DNA of 64,000 nt from Oscillospiraceae bacterium (GTDB lineage: Bacteria > Bacillota > Clostridia > Oscillospirales > CAG-382): the NCBI GenBank assembly GCA_015063785.1, contig SVTM01000010.1, forward strand, positions 9,728-73,727. The letters run 5' to 3'. Below the pieces are notes generated by a model. That model ran no database searches, was not told the DNA's origin, and worked only from the letters and a program-made list of their open reading frames with translations. This document shows, piece after piece, positions 1-9,191 of the stretch. The translations under genes were made by a program, and so were the position numbers. Positions within the stretch are counted from its first letter, which is position 1. Each line of letters starts with the position of its first letter.

Positions 1-539
1 ATGTCGTTGCCATCGGCGCCATAACAAACGTTGCCTCGGCTTTTCTTCTCAATCCCAAAATGGCAGAAAACACCGTTGTTGTATGGCTGGGCGGCCACGC
101 ACGCCATTTTGCCAACACCCGCGAATTCAATATGTTCCAGGATGTTGCGGCGTCCCGCGTTGTGATGTCAAGCGGCGTTCCCTTTGTCCAGCTTCCTTGC
201 ATGGGTGTTGTCAGCGCCTTCACAATCTCAAAGCCCGAGATCGAATATTGGCTTCTCGGCAAAACGCCCCTTTCGGATTATCTCGGCAAAAATTCAATAG
301 ATGCCGCCGAAAGATATGCCCGCGGCACTGCCTGGACAAGATGCATCTGGGATGTCACAGCCGTTGCATGGCTTCTTAACGATAAAAACAAGTTTATGAG
401 CTCGCGCCTTGTTCCCACCCATCTTTCAACCTATGATTATTATTACACCGATTCCCCCGATGCGCGCCCGATGCGCTATGTATACGACATTCACCGCGAT
501 GCTCTGATGACAGATCTTGTGAAAAAGGTTAGCGAATGA
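1..539 (+). CDS. Nucleoside hydrolase (IU-NH family), C-terminal part; the gene starts left of the window
   Basis: The frame is open from base 3. VVAIGAITNVASAFLLNPK precedes the first Met of the 60..539 track ORF. The overall pattern resembles the C-terminal half of inosine/uridine nucleoside hydrolases. Stop at 537-539. Confidence 0.55.
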   Translation, partial: VVAIGAITNVASAFLLNPKMAENTVVVWLGGHARHFANTREFNMFQDVAASRVVMSSGVPFVQLPCMGVVSAFTISKPEIEYWLLGKTPLSDYLGKNSIDAAERYARGTAWTRCIWDVTAVAWLLNDKNKFMSSRLVPTHLSTYDYYYTDSPDARPMRYVYDIHRDALMTDLVKKVSE

Positions 540-1525
540 AAGGAAAAACCATGAAGAAATTACCCATAACTCTCATAATTGACGACCCGTCTCCCATCGT
601 GTCGGTTTATTATTCCCACGCAGCAAAGAGAACCACCGCCGATGGACGTCCGCTTATAAAGCATTATCCCACCTCTTTTCTGAAGGATTTTTGCGACGTC
701 ATTGAAAAGCGCGGCATCATGGGCAAATTCAGCATTGTTCCTGCCCCGGGAAACTATGGCGACATAGTAAACGGCATTGAGGGCATTTCCATGGACGAAA
801 TGCACGAATGGCTCGAAATAGCAAAGAGCCGCGTCGCTCCGCAGTTTGATATCGGCCCCGAAATGCTCACCCACAACAAAGCCGTGGATCTTGCAACAGG
901 CAAAGCTCTCGAAATGAGGGAGTGCGATTGGGCAACCACTCAAAACTTCGAAACCCTCACACCGTATATTTCAAAAGCCCTTTCTATCCTCAAAGAAGCA
1001 GGCTTTGAGTGCACAGGCGTCACCTCTCCATGGGACTTTGGAATTCAGGTCGAAGAAGAGTACGTCAGAGCCATATCTCAGGCGATGTTTGACGTTTACG
1101 GAAAAAAGAACGCCTGGTATTTTCTGCACGTTCTTCGCAACAATCCCAATATAAAGCCATGGGTGGCGTATGACGACGGTGACAGATGCGTTGTTTCGAT
1201 TCCTTCCGCAACAGACGACGTTTTCTGGCAGACCATCAACTGTGCAAGCACCGACGACGAGTACGTAAGCTCTGTTGCAGACCAGCTTATCACCGCCGAC
1301 GGAAAGCGCGGTCAGCTAATCGAAACACTTGAAACCGGTGGATATCCGATGTTTCATACCCATTGGCAGTCGCTTTGCTCCAACGGACTTTTCACAGGAC
1401 TTCGCGCCCTTGACGAGGTTGGAAAAAGAATAAACGAGCACCTTTCTGACAGGGTAGAATGGATGAAGGTAAGCGATGTTATGCAGCTTGTTCTTTCCGA
1501 CAAAGCGGCATATCCCAAAAGATAA
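536..1525 (+). CDS. Hypothetical protein (329 aa), function unassigned
   Basis: Long ORF. Its ATG overlaps the upstream stop (ATGA); an alternative ATG is at 551. No motif I can name with confidence. Confidence 0.5.
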   Translation: MKGKTMKKLPITLIIDDPSPIVSVYYSHAAKRTTADGRPLIKHYPTSFLKDFCDVIEKRGIMGKFSIVPAPGNYGDIVNGIEGISMDEMHEWLEIAKSRVAPQFDIGPEMLTHNKAVDLATGKALEMRECDWATTQNFETLTPYISKALSILKEAGFECTGVTSPWDFGIQVEEEYVRAISQAMFDVYGKKNAWYFLHVLRNNPNIKPWVAYDDGDRCVVSIPSATDDVFWQTINCASTDDEYVSSVADQLITADGKRGQLIETLETGGYPMFHTHWQSLCSNGLFTGLRALDEVGKRINEHLSDRVEWMKVSDVMQLVLSDKAAYPKR

Positions 1526-1536
1526 AAGGTGATAGT

Positions 1537-2313
1537 ATGAGTATAATGTCAGATATTGCACCGTTTAGAATGTACGGAAATCTGTATTTTGTCGGAAGCT
1601 CGCGTGTTTCGGTTCACATTCTCAAAACCGAAGAAGGCCTTGTTGTCATCGACACCGGCTATCCCGATATGTACGATCAGATTATAGAAAGCATGCGCAT
1701 CCTGTCGTTTGATCCTGCCGACATCTGCGCCATTATCCATAGCCACGGCCACATCGACCACACCGGCACCACTCTGCGCCTTAAAGAAATAAGCGGCGCA
1801 AAAACCTATATTTCCCGTATCGACAACGATATAATAAACGGCACGCGCGATCTTTCGTGGTGCAGGGAACTTGGGATTGAAAACCCCGGTGATTTTGATG
1901 CAGATGTGCTTATCGATGACGGCGACGAATTCACCTTTGGTACAACAAAGATCCGTTTCAAGCTTGCCCCGGGGCACACGCTCGGCACCCTTGCTATATT
2001 TATCGACCTTTGCGAAAACGGAGAAAAAATTACTGCCGCCATGCACGGAGGAACGGGACTAAATACCCTGAATGACGCATATATTTCGGCAAACGGTCTT
2101 CCGTCCGATATGCGGCAGGTTTTCAGAAAAGGGCTTCACGATCTTGCGAACGAAAGGGTAGACCTTGTTCTCGGCAATCATCCCCAACAGAACGACACGG
2201 CAGGAAAACTGCAAAAAGTTCTCTCGGGCGAAAAGATCACCGATCCCAACGAATGGCAGACATTCTTAAAAAACACCGAACTGGGACTTGACCTTCTTGA
2301 GGCGCAGGCATGA
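1537..2313 (+). CDS. Metallo-beta-lactamase fold hydrolase
   Basis: HSHGHIDH (HxHxDH) motif. ATG at 1537 lies just after the upstream stop; the track start at 1459 overlaps the upstream gene. Confidence 0.7.
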   Translation: MSIMSDIAPFRMYGNLYFVGSSRVSVHILKTEEGLVVIDTGYPDMYDQIIESMRILSFDPADICAIIHSHGHIDHTGTTLRLKEISGAKTYISRIDNDIINGTRDLSWCRELGIENPGDFDADVLIDDGDEFTFGTTKIRFKLAPGHTLGTLAIFIDLCENGEKITAAMHGGTGLNTLNDAYISANGLPSDMRQVFRKGLHDLANERVDLVLGNHPQQNDTAGKLQKVLSGEKITDPNEWQTFLKNTELGLDLLEAQA

Positions 2314-3056
2314 AAAGCAAATATTTTGAAGAGCTTCTTTCGCTTCTTTCGATAGAATACAACTGCACTCCATCGGATTTTTTGAAAAAAGAAAATGTCA
2401 TAACAGAGTCGCGTTTTGATATACGTTCGCGCAGATATAGTGACCAAAAGCATTTTTTCCACATGGTGACGACGGGTGGCAATGCCGTGATCACTGCGGA
2501 TCCCATTCTGCACCCTTTTCTTTCGCACTTTTCAAAGGACAGGTGCGGACACTTCCTTTTTGAATTCAAAAATATTCTTCCCCTGAATGAAGAGTTGAAA
2601 AAACACGGATATATGCTGTCCGATACATTTCATATGTTTCTGCCGGAAAAACGGGTGGAAATGCAAAAAGATCTTGATGTCAGATTTTTCTGTGGCAAGG
2701 AGATTTTGCCATTTTACGAAATGAAATGCTTCCCCAACGCAATCCTCGAAAGCTTTTCCGAAAAACGTCCCGACAAAATGGTGGTTTGCGCCTATGACGG
2801 CGAAAAAATAATGGGCATGGCAGGCTGTTCGGAGGACGCCTGCGGATGGATGCAGATCGGCATTGACGTTTTTCCCGAATATCGCTCTATGGGGGTGGGC
2901 AGCTATCTTGTCAATGTTCTCAAAAATAAGATCGAGGATATGGGGGATATTCCGTTTTACGGCACTTCGATATCAAACTACCATTCGTGGAACATCGCTT
3001 TGAAGTGCGGATTTTATCCCGCCTGGCTCGAGGTCGGCGCTGTAAAGGTCAAATAA
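2310..3056 (+). CDS. GNAT-family N-acetyltransferase-like protein
   Basis: The C-terminal block IGIDVFPEYRSMGVGSYLV...GDIPFYGT resembles the GNAT acetyl-CoA binding core. The ATGA overlap with the upstream stop suggests translational coupling. Confidence 0.5.
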   Translation: MKSKYFEELLSLLSIEYNCTPSDFLKKENVITESRFDIRSRRYSDQKHFFHMVTTGGNAVITADPILHPFLSHFSKDRCGHFLFEFKNILPLNEELKKHGYMLSDTFHMFLPEKRVEMQKDLDVRFFCGKEILPFYEMKCFPNAILESFSEKRPDKMVVCAYDGEKIMGMAGCSEDACGWMQIGIDVFPEYRSMGVGSYLVNVLKNKIEDMGDIPFYGTSISNYHSWNIALKCGFYPAWLEVGAVKVK

Positions 3057-3068
3057 GGAGACTTCAAA

Positions 3069-4295
3069 ATGGACAGAACAAAAATCAAATCAATATGCAG
3101 ACAAATAAAGTCCCGCATAGATGGTTATCACATCAGAAAATTCGAGGGACACGAAAAGGAGCTTTTTCTGATTTCCGATATATATCCGGGAATCTGGCTT
3201 GAGCATGTTTATGATTCTCTCGTTTTTGCAATGCTTGATGAGCGCGGAAAGGCCCTTTGCGAAAACGTAATAGAGCTTTTTATAAAAGGTCAGAAAGAGG
3301 ACGGACAGTTTCCCTGCTACGTGCTTGACAAGTCGAAATGGCGACGCGATATCAGCCTTGTCGGATATTCCCAGATACAGGAATGTGTGTCGTTTGCCAC
3401 CCTTTGTCTTGAAACGGTAAGGCTGACGGGCAACACAGAGCTTTTGAAAAAAGCATATTCCGCCTGCCGCGCATACGTCGGCTGGCTGAAAAACAATCGC
3501 ACAACCCTTGGCACAGGGCTTGTGGAAATGTTTGTCGGTTACGACACGGGACATGATGACAGCTCCCGCCTTGACGGACTTTCCTGCAGAGGAAATTATA
3601 AGAAAGACGGCATCTCGCAAAATGCGGGTATTCTTCCTCCCGATGATAATGTAGCGCCGGTCCTTGCGGTTGATATGAACTGCAATTTCTATGCAAACCT
3701 CATTTCTCTTTCAGAAATGGCGCAAATGCTTGGCAAAGATGATGAGGCAGAAGAGTGGAAAAATATGGCAAAGCAGGTGAAAGAGCGGATTTTCGAGTGT
3801 TGCTTTGACAAAGAGGATGCTTTCTTTTACGACGTTGACAAAAACGGAAACAAAAGAAAGATACGCTCCTGCACTGTATATCACCTTTTTATGGAGCATC
3901 TGCTCGATAAAGTCGAGGATGCACAGCTTATCGACGAGATAAAGCGCCGATATCTTAAAAATCCCGACGAATTTTTCACACCATTCCCATATCCTTCAAT
4001 GTCGATCGCTCAAAGCAGGGACAGACACCATTCTCCCTCAAATTGCTGGGGATATTTCTCCCAGGGGCTTATTGCTCTGCGCTGCATAAGATGGATGGAC
4101 GATTATGAAATGTCGGAAGAATTGGATATTATCTGTGAAAAATGGCTTTCGGCGTGGACCGAATGCTTTGATACCTTTAAGCTCGGTCAGGAGCTCGATC
4201 CCATAACGGGCAAACCGTCCCCCTCGTCCGAATGGTATTCAAGCACCATGCTTTTTTACCTTTACGCCGCAAAAAGATTGGGAATTGATGTGTAA
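3069..4295 (+). CDS. (alpha/alpha)6-barrel glycoside hydrolase-like protein (GH63/MGH1/trehalase-like)
   Basis: GYDTGHDDSSRLDG and other blocks resemble GH63-type glucosidases. No signal peptide. Confidence 0.45.
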   Translation: MDRTKIKSICRQIKSRIDGYHIRKFEGHEKELFLISDIYPGIWLEHVYDSLVFAMLDERGKALCENVIELFIKGQKEDGQFPCYVLDKSKWRRDISLVGYSQIQECVSFATLCLETVRLTGNTELLKKAYSACRAYVGWLKNNRTTLGTGLVEMFVGYDTGHDDSSRLDGLSCRGNYKKDGISQNAGILPPDDNVAPVLAVDMNCNFYANLISLSEMAQMLGKDDEAEEWKNMAKQVKERIFECCFDKEDAFFYDVDKNGNKRKIRSCTVYHLFMEHLLDKVEDAQLIDEIKRRYLKNPDEFFTPFPYPSMSIAQSRDRHHSPSNCWGYFSQGLIALRCIRWMDDYEMSEELDIICEKWLSAWTECFDTFKLGQELDPITGKPSPSSEWYSSTMLFYLYAAKRLGIDV

Positions 4296-4307
4296 TTTAT
4301 AAATTTC

Positions 4308-4336
4308 TTGACAATTCGGTTACAATCGTTTATAAT
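4308..4336 (+). promoter_or_regulatory. Sigma-A type promoter for glnA
   Basis: TTGACA (4308-4313), 17-nt spacer, TATAAT (4331-4336). It lies 30 nt upstream of the glnA ATG. Confidence 0.55.
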
Positions 4337-4365
4337 CTAACTATATAATTTTTGGAGGAAAAACA

Positions 4366-5790
4366 ATGAGCAAGACAGTTCAGGATATTATCAACATCAT
4401 AAGAGAAAACGACATCAAGATGGTCGATTTCAAAATGGTGGATATCAACGGTCAGTACCGCCACGTAACAATCCCCGCAGGCAATTTTTCGGAATCCACA
4501 ATGAAAAACGGCATCGGCTTTGATGCTTCCAACTATGGCTATGCTGTTGTTGAAAAGAGCGACATGGTGTTCATTCCCGACCCCGACACAGCGCAGATCG
4601 ATCCCTTCTGCCAAATCCCCACTCTTTCGATGACAGGCAACGCCATGATCATTGACAACCCCGAAAACAGACCTCTTCCCCAGTACCCCCGAAACATCGT
4701 TCTTGCCGCAGAACAGTATATGAGAGATTGCGGTATTGCCGATGAAATGTATATTCTTCCCGAATTCGAATTTTATCTTTTCGATAACGTTGCGTGGGAG
4801 GTTCAGCCAAATTCCGTAGGCTTTTCCATCGACGCCGTACAGGCACACTGGAACAGCGGCGTCGAGGGCTCGGGCAACGTCGTTGCAAAGCAAAAGAATT
4901 ACCACATCGCCAAGCCCTTTGACGTTTCGTACGAGGCAAGAAGCGAAATGTGCATGCTCATGGAAGAAGCAGGCATAAAGCTCAACTATCACCACCCCGA
5001 AGTAGGTGCGGCAGGTCAGTTTGAAATCGAGCCTCACCTCGGCATCATGTCTCAGATGGCAGATGCCACAATGAACATCAAGTACATCATCCACAATGTT
5101 GCAAGAAAGTATGGTCTTTCGGCAACCTTTATGCCCAAGCCTGTTGCAGGCGAGGCAGGAAATGGAATGCACGTTCACATGCTTCTGATGAAGGACGGCG
5201 AACCCGTTTTCTCGGATGACAACGGATATTCCAACCTTAGCAAAGAAGCACATTATTTCATGGGCGGACTTTTGAAGCACATTGCTTCTCTTTGCGCTCT
5301 CACCAATCCCAGCACCAACTCCTTCAAGCGCCTTGTGCCCGGTTTTGAAGCTCCTGTTACAGTAGGTTACGCAACCTCCAACAGAAGTGCCGTAATCAGA
5401 ATCCCCGCATATGCCAAGGAAAAGAACCTCAGAAGATTCGAGCTTCGCAACCCCGATGCCACATGTAATCCATATTTCTGCTATGCCGCCATCCTTATGG
5501 CAGGTATCGACGGCATCAAGAACAAGATCGATCCCCACGAAAACGGCTGGGGCCCGTATGACTTCAACCTTTACAAGCTTTCGGACGAAGAAAAGGCAAA
5601 GCTTTCCCATCTTCCCGTTTCGCTTGATGAGGCTCTTGATGCTCTTGAAGCTGATCACGACTACCTCACCGCAGGCGGAGTTTTCCCCGAGCACATGCTC
5701 GAAAAATTTATTGCCACAAAGCGTGCAGAATGCCGCGAGCTTGCCGCAATTCCTCACCCTGCAGAGTTTGACAAGTATTACAACCTTTAA
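4366..5790 (+). CDS. glnA: Glutamine synthetase, type I
   Basis: 474 aa with a typical GS N-terminal beta-grasp and catalytic blocks (MPKPVAGEAGNGMHVHM, NPSTNSFKRLVPGFEAP, IRIPA...R.ELR.PD). GGAGG RBS. Confidence 0.9.
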   Translation: MSKTVQDIINIIRENDIKMVDFKMVDINGQYRHVTIPAGNFSESTMKNGIGFDASNYGYAVVEKSDMVFIPDPDTAQIDPFCQIPTLSMTGNAMIIDNPENRPLPQYPRNIVLAAEQYMRDCGIADEMYILPEFEFYLFDNVAWEVQPNSVGFSIDAVQAHWNSGVEGSGNVVAKQKNYHIAKPFDVSYEARSEMCMLMEEAGIKLNYHHPEVGAAGQFEIEPHLGIMSQMADATMNIKYIIHNVARKYGLSATFMPKPVAGEAGNGMHVHMLLMKDGEPVFSDDNGYSNLSKEAHYFMGGLLKHIASLCALTNPSTNSFKRLVPGFEAPVTVGYATSNRSAVIRIPAYAKEKNLRRFELRNPDATCNPYFCYAAILMAGIDGIKNKIDPHENGWGPYDFNLYKLSDEEKAKLSHLPVSLDEALDALEADHDYLTAGGVFPEHMLEKFIATKRAECRELAAIPHPAEFDKYYNL

Positions 5791-5798
5791 TACATCTA

Positions 5799-5833
5799 CC
5801 GCACGGATTTTCTTCCGTGCGGTATTGTTTTTT
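5799..5833 (+). terminator. Intrinsic terminator after glnA
   Basis: Hairpin ccgcacgga/tccgtgcgg followed by a T-run. Confidence 0.7.
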
Positions 5834-5902
5834 TGTCAATACGGTGATATAATGATGTTGGATAAAAACGTGTTTTCAGCGTTTTAAGGAAAGGGCAGAT
5901 TT

Positions 5903-7363
5903 ATGAAAGACAGAAACTATTTTCTTCAAAAAGCGCAGGAGAATATGCCGCGGCTTTTTTATAAAGATATAAAACCCCAAGCGGAAAAGACGGTTTTTGA
6001 TATGGGCGAAAGCTTCGTTCTTGACCTTGGCAATCATTATGTGGGGAAGTTTTCTTTTTCGCTGGACATTTTCGACGATTTCATCGATGCTCCCGTTCAG
6101 CTTACAATTCGTTTTGGTGAAAACGAGCGTGAGATAAACGACGATTTCACGGTGTATAACGGCACGATCTCACGCACATGGCTTCAGGAAGAAAACCTTT
6201 TTGTCGACACCCCCTCGCGGGTCGAAATGCCCCGCAGATACGCTTGCAGATATATAAAAATAACGGTAATAAACGTTCGCCGGCCCATAAGGCTTTTTGA
6301 TTTTTGTTTCACTTCGTCCACCAGCGCCGATATGTCAAAGCTTCAAGGGGCGGATATTGGTGACAAGCTTCTTGAAAAGATAGACGACGTTTCAATAAAT
6401 ACCCTCAAAGAATGTATGCAGACCTTCTTTGAGGACGGTCCCAAAAGAGACCGACGTATCTGGATAGGTGATTTTCGCCTTGAAGCCCTTGTAAATCATT
6501 GCACCTTTGACAACAAGGAGATTGTGAAAAGATGCCTGTATCTTTTTGCCGCAGGTAACTGCGGCGAGCTTGGCTTTTTGCCGTCGTATATCTACGAAAC
6601 GCCATATTATTTTTCGGGCAGAGACCACCTTTGCGATTATGCCCTTTTGTACGTTGTGACGCTGTGCGATTATTTCGATCACTCGCAGGATATCGAAACG
6701 GTAAGTGATCTTCTTCCTATCTGTAAAAAACAGCTCGAAAGCTTTGCCGCCATTCTCGATGACAACAGCATTGTGACACATCAGGACGGCTGGTTTGTTT
6801 TCATCGACTGGTGCGAAGGCTTGCGTGCCCTCACATCCCTTCAGGGAGTATATCTTTATACCCTCGAAAGATTTTCAAAGCTTCTTTTTGACATCGGCGA
6901 CAAAGACTGCGAAAAATACGAAAAACAGCTTTGCAAAATACGAAATCTTTCAAAACAACACCTTTACAATCCCGAAAAAGGTGTTTTCGAAAACGAACTC
7001 GACGGGCATCAGCTCAGTGTTCATTCGCAGGTTTGGATGATACTCGGTGGCGTCATCTCGGGCGATGAAGGCAAAAAAGCTCTTCTTGCAACCCTTGATA
7101 ATCCTGATGCCAAACAGCCCTTCACCCCGTATATGCGTCATTACGTAGTGGAGGCAATGATAAAGCTTGGTATGTACGATGAGGCAAAGGAATATATCAA
7201 GCTTATCTGGGGCGGTATGATCGAGCTCGGCGCCGACACCTTCTACGAGGTTTACGTTCCCGACGATCCCGAGTTTTCACCCTATGGCGACAGAAAAATA
7301 AACAGTCTCTGTCACGCCTGGAGCTGTACACCATCGTATTTCATCCGCAAGTATTTTATATAA
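5903..7363 (+). CDS. Six-hairpin glycosidase, alpha-L-rhamnosidase (GH78)-like
   Basis: DGPKRDRRIWIGDFRLEA resembles the CPxRDRxxWxGD block of GH78 catalytic domains. No signal peptide. Confidence 0.45.
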   Translation: MKDRNYFLQKAQENMPRLFYKDIKPQAEKTVFDMGESFVLDLGNHYVGKFSFSLDIFDDFIDAPVQLTIRFGENEREINDDFTVYNGTISRTWLQEENLFVDTPSRVEMPRRYACRYIKITVINVRRPIRLFDFCFTSSTSADMSKLQGADIGDKLLEKIDDVSINTLKECMQTFFEDGPKRDRRIWIGDFRLEALVNHCTFDNKEIVKRCLYLFAAGNCGELGFLPSYIYETPYYFSGRDHLCDYALLYVVTLCDYFDHSQDIETVSDLLPICKKQLESFAAILDDNSIVTHQDGWFVFIDWCEGLRALTSLQGVYLYTLERFSKLLFDIGDKDCEKYEKQLCKIRNLSKQHLYNPEKGVFENELDGHQLSVHSQVWMILGGVISGDEGKKALLATLDNPDAKQPFTPYMRHYVVEAMIKLGMYDEAKEYIKLIWGGMIELGADTFYEVYVPDDPEFSPYGDRKINSLCHAWSCTPSYFIRKYFI

Positions 7364-7383
7364 AGCAGCTCAGAGGAGATAAA

Positions 7384-8022
7384 ATGACAAAGCTTTTGAT
7401 AATTCGCCACGGCTACAGTGTAACCAACAAAGCAAAGATATTCACAGGGCAGAACGACGTTGATCTTGCCCCCGAAGGTTATGATCAGGCAGAGTCTGTC
7501 TGCAGGTACGTCGCCGAAAATTTTAAGGTTGACGCCATCTATTCCAGCGATCTCAAAAGAACAGTAAATACCATAGCACCCCTTGCCAAAAAGCTGGGAC
7601 TTGATATACACACCGAAAAAGGTATCCGCGAGCTCGACGTTGGCGAGTGGCAGGGAAGAGCGGTGGAGGACGTCCGTCGAGAAAATCTTGAAAAGCTGAA
7701 AGCTTATAGCTATGATCCTGCAAACCACGGCTGTCCCGGTGGAGAAAATTATACCGATATGTGCAAAAGAGCTCTACCTGTTTTTGAAAGAATAGCAAAA
7801 GAAAACGATGGCAAAACGGTTGCTGTTGCCACCCACGGCGGAGTTATCCGCATAATAACCTGCATTTTCCGCGGACTTCCGCTGGTTGAGGTAAAGGACA
7901 TTCCCCATTGTCCCAACGCGTCTTTGATGATAGTATCCTACGAAGACGGAAAATTCACCATTGAAAAAGAAAGCTTCAATAGCTATCTTGACGATCAGGT
8001 AACAGAAAAAGGGCTTAACTGA
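7384..8022 (+). CDS. Histidine phosphatase family protein (phosphoglycerate mutase-like)
   Basis: LIIRHGYSVTN (RHG motif) at the N-terminus, and ATHGGVIR later. Confidence 0.75.
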   Translation: MTKLLIIRHGYSVTNKAKIFTGQNDVDLAPEGYDQAESVCRYVAENFKVDAIYSSDLKRTVNTIAPLAKKLGLDIHTEKGIRELDVGEWQGRAVEDVRRENLEKLKAYSYDPANHGCPGGENYTDMCKRALPVFERIAKENDGKTVAVATHGGVIRIITCIFRGLPLVEVKDIPHCPNASLMIVSYEDGKFTIEKESFNSYLDDQVTEKGLN

Positions 8023-8033
8023 AAGGAAATAAA

Positions 8034-9182
8034 ATGAAAGTAGTTGTTGCAATAGATTCCTTCAAAGGCAGTCTTTCTTCGCTCGACGCCGCCCGAGCGG
8101 CAGCAGAGGGCATAAAAGGCGCAATACCAAGTTGTGTGACAGAATGCTTTGCCATCGCCGACGGCGGCGAGGGGACCTCTGAAGCGCTTGCAAGGGCGCT
8201 TCGTGCAGAAACACAAACGGTCACAGTCACAGGTCCACTCGGCGAAAAGGTATTCGCCGAATACTACCTTGATTTAAAAACAGGCACCGCTGTCATGGAG
8301 ATGTCAAAGGCTGCAGGACTTACCCTTGTTCCCGAGGGAAAAAGAGATCCTCTTTTCACCACCACCTATGGCGTCGGCGAGATGATAAAAGATGCCGTGG
8401 AAAAAGGTTGCCGATCTTTTATCATCGGCATCGGCGGCAGCGCCACCAACGACGGGGGAATTGGCATGCTTTCAGCCCTGGGCTTTGAATTTTTTGATGC
8501 CGACGGAAACTATGTAGAAAATTGCGGAAAAGGGCTCGAAAAGCTTTCTGACATTTCTTGCAAAAACGTTCTGCCCGAGCTGTATGAATGTAAATTCGAG
8601 ATTGCTTGCGACGTAACCAATCCACTGTGTGGAAAAAACGGATGCAGTGCCGTTTTTGCACCCCAAAAAGGGGCGGACGAAAATACAGTTTTGCTTATGG
8701 ACGGCTGGCTTTCGGCTTATGCCTCGCTTACAAGGGAGATTTTCCCAAACGCCGACCCCGATTTTCCGGGCACAGGTGCCGCAGGGGGTATGGGATTTGC
8801 TTTTGTGACGTATCTTGATGCAAAACTTATGCGCGGCATCGACCTTGTTATTGAAAAAACAGGCATTGAAAAAGCAATAGAAAACTGCGATATCGTCGTG
8901 ACGGGCGAGGGAAAAATCGATTCCCAGACCGCCATGGGAAAAGCACCCATGGGGATTGCAAATATCGCAAAAAAGCACAATAAACCCGTCGTCGCTTTCT
9001 GCGGCACGGCAAGCTCTGATGCAGATATCTGCAATTCGTTCGGGATTGACGGTGTTTTCCCCGTGCTTCGACGACCATGCAGCCTTGCGCAGGCGATGGA
9101 CAAGGACATTGCATATTCGAATCTGCGCGACACGGCAAATCAGGTTTTTTCTTTGATAAAATCGATAAAATCACACACATAA
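8034..9182 (+). CDS. Glycerate kinase
   Basis: MKVVVAIDSFKGSLSS...ADGGEGT...IGIGGSATNDGG...VVTGEGKIDSQT are classic glycerate kinase blocks. Confidence 0.85.
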   Translation: MKVVVAIDSFKGSLSSLDAARAAAEGIKGAIPSCVTECFAIADGGEGTSEALARALRAETQTVTVTGPLGEKVFAEYYLDLKTGTAVMEMSKAAGLTLVPEGKRDPLFTTTYGVGEMIKDAVEKGCRSFIIGIGGSATNDGGIGMLSALGFEFFDADGNYVENCGKGLEKLSDISCKNVLPELYECKFEIACDVTNPLCGKNGCSAVFAPQKGADENTVLLMDGWLSAYASLTREIFPNADPDFPGTGAAGGMGFAFVTYLDAKLMRGIDLVIEKTGIEKAIENCDIVVTGEGKIDSQTAMGKAPMGIANIAKKHNKPVVAFCGTASSDADICNSFGIDGVFPVLRRPCSLAQAMDKDIAYSNLRDTANQVFSLIKSIKSHT

Positions 9183-9191
9183 GAGGTAAAA

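Noticed and set aside
4330-5757. 475-aa ORF on the minus strand
   Set aside because: It is exactly antisense to glnA, which has unmistakable glutamine synthetase motifs. The ORF has low-complexity V/G/C-rich composition and no RBS, so it is a shadow ORF.
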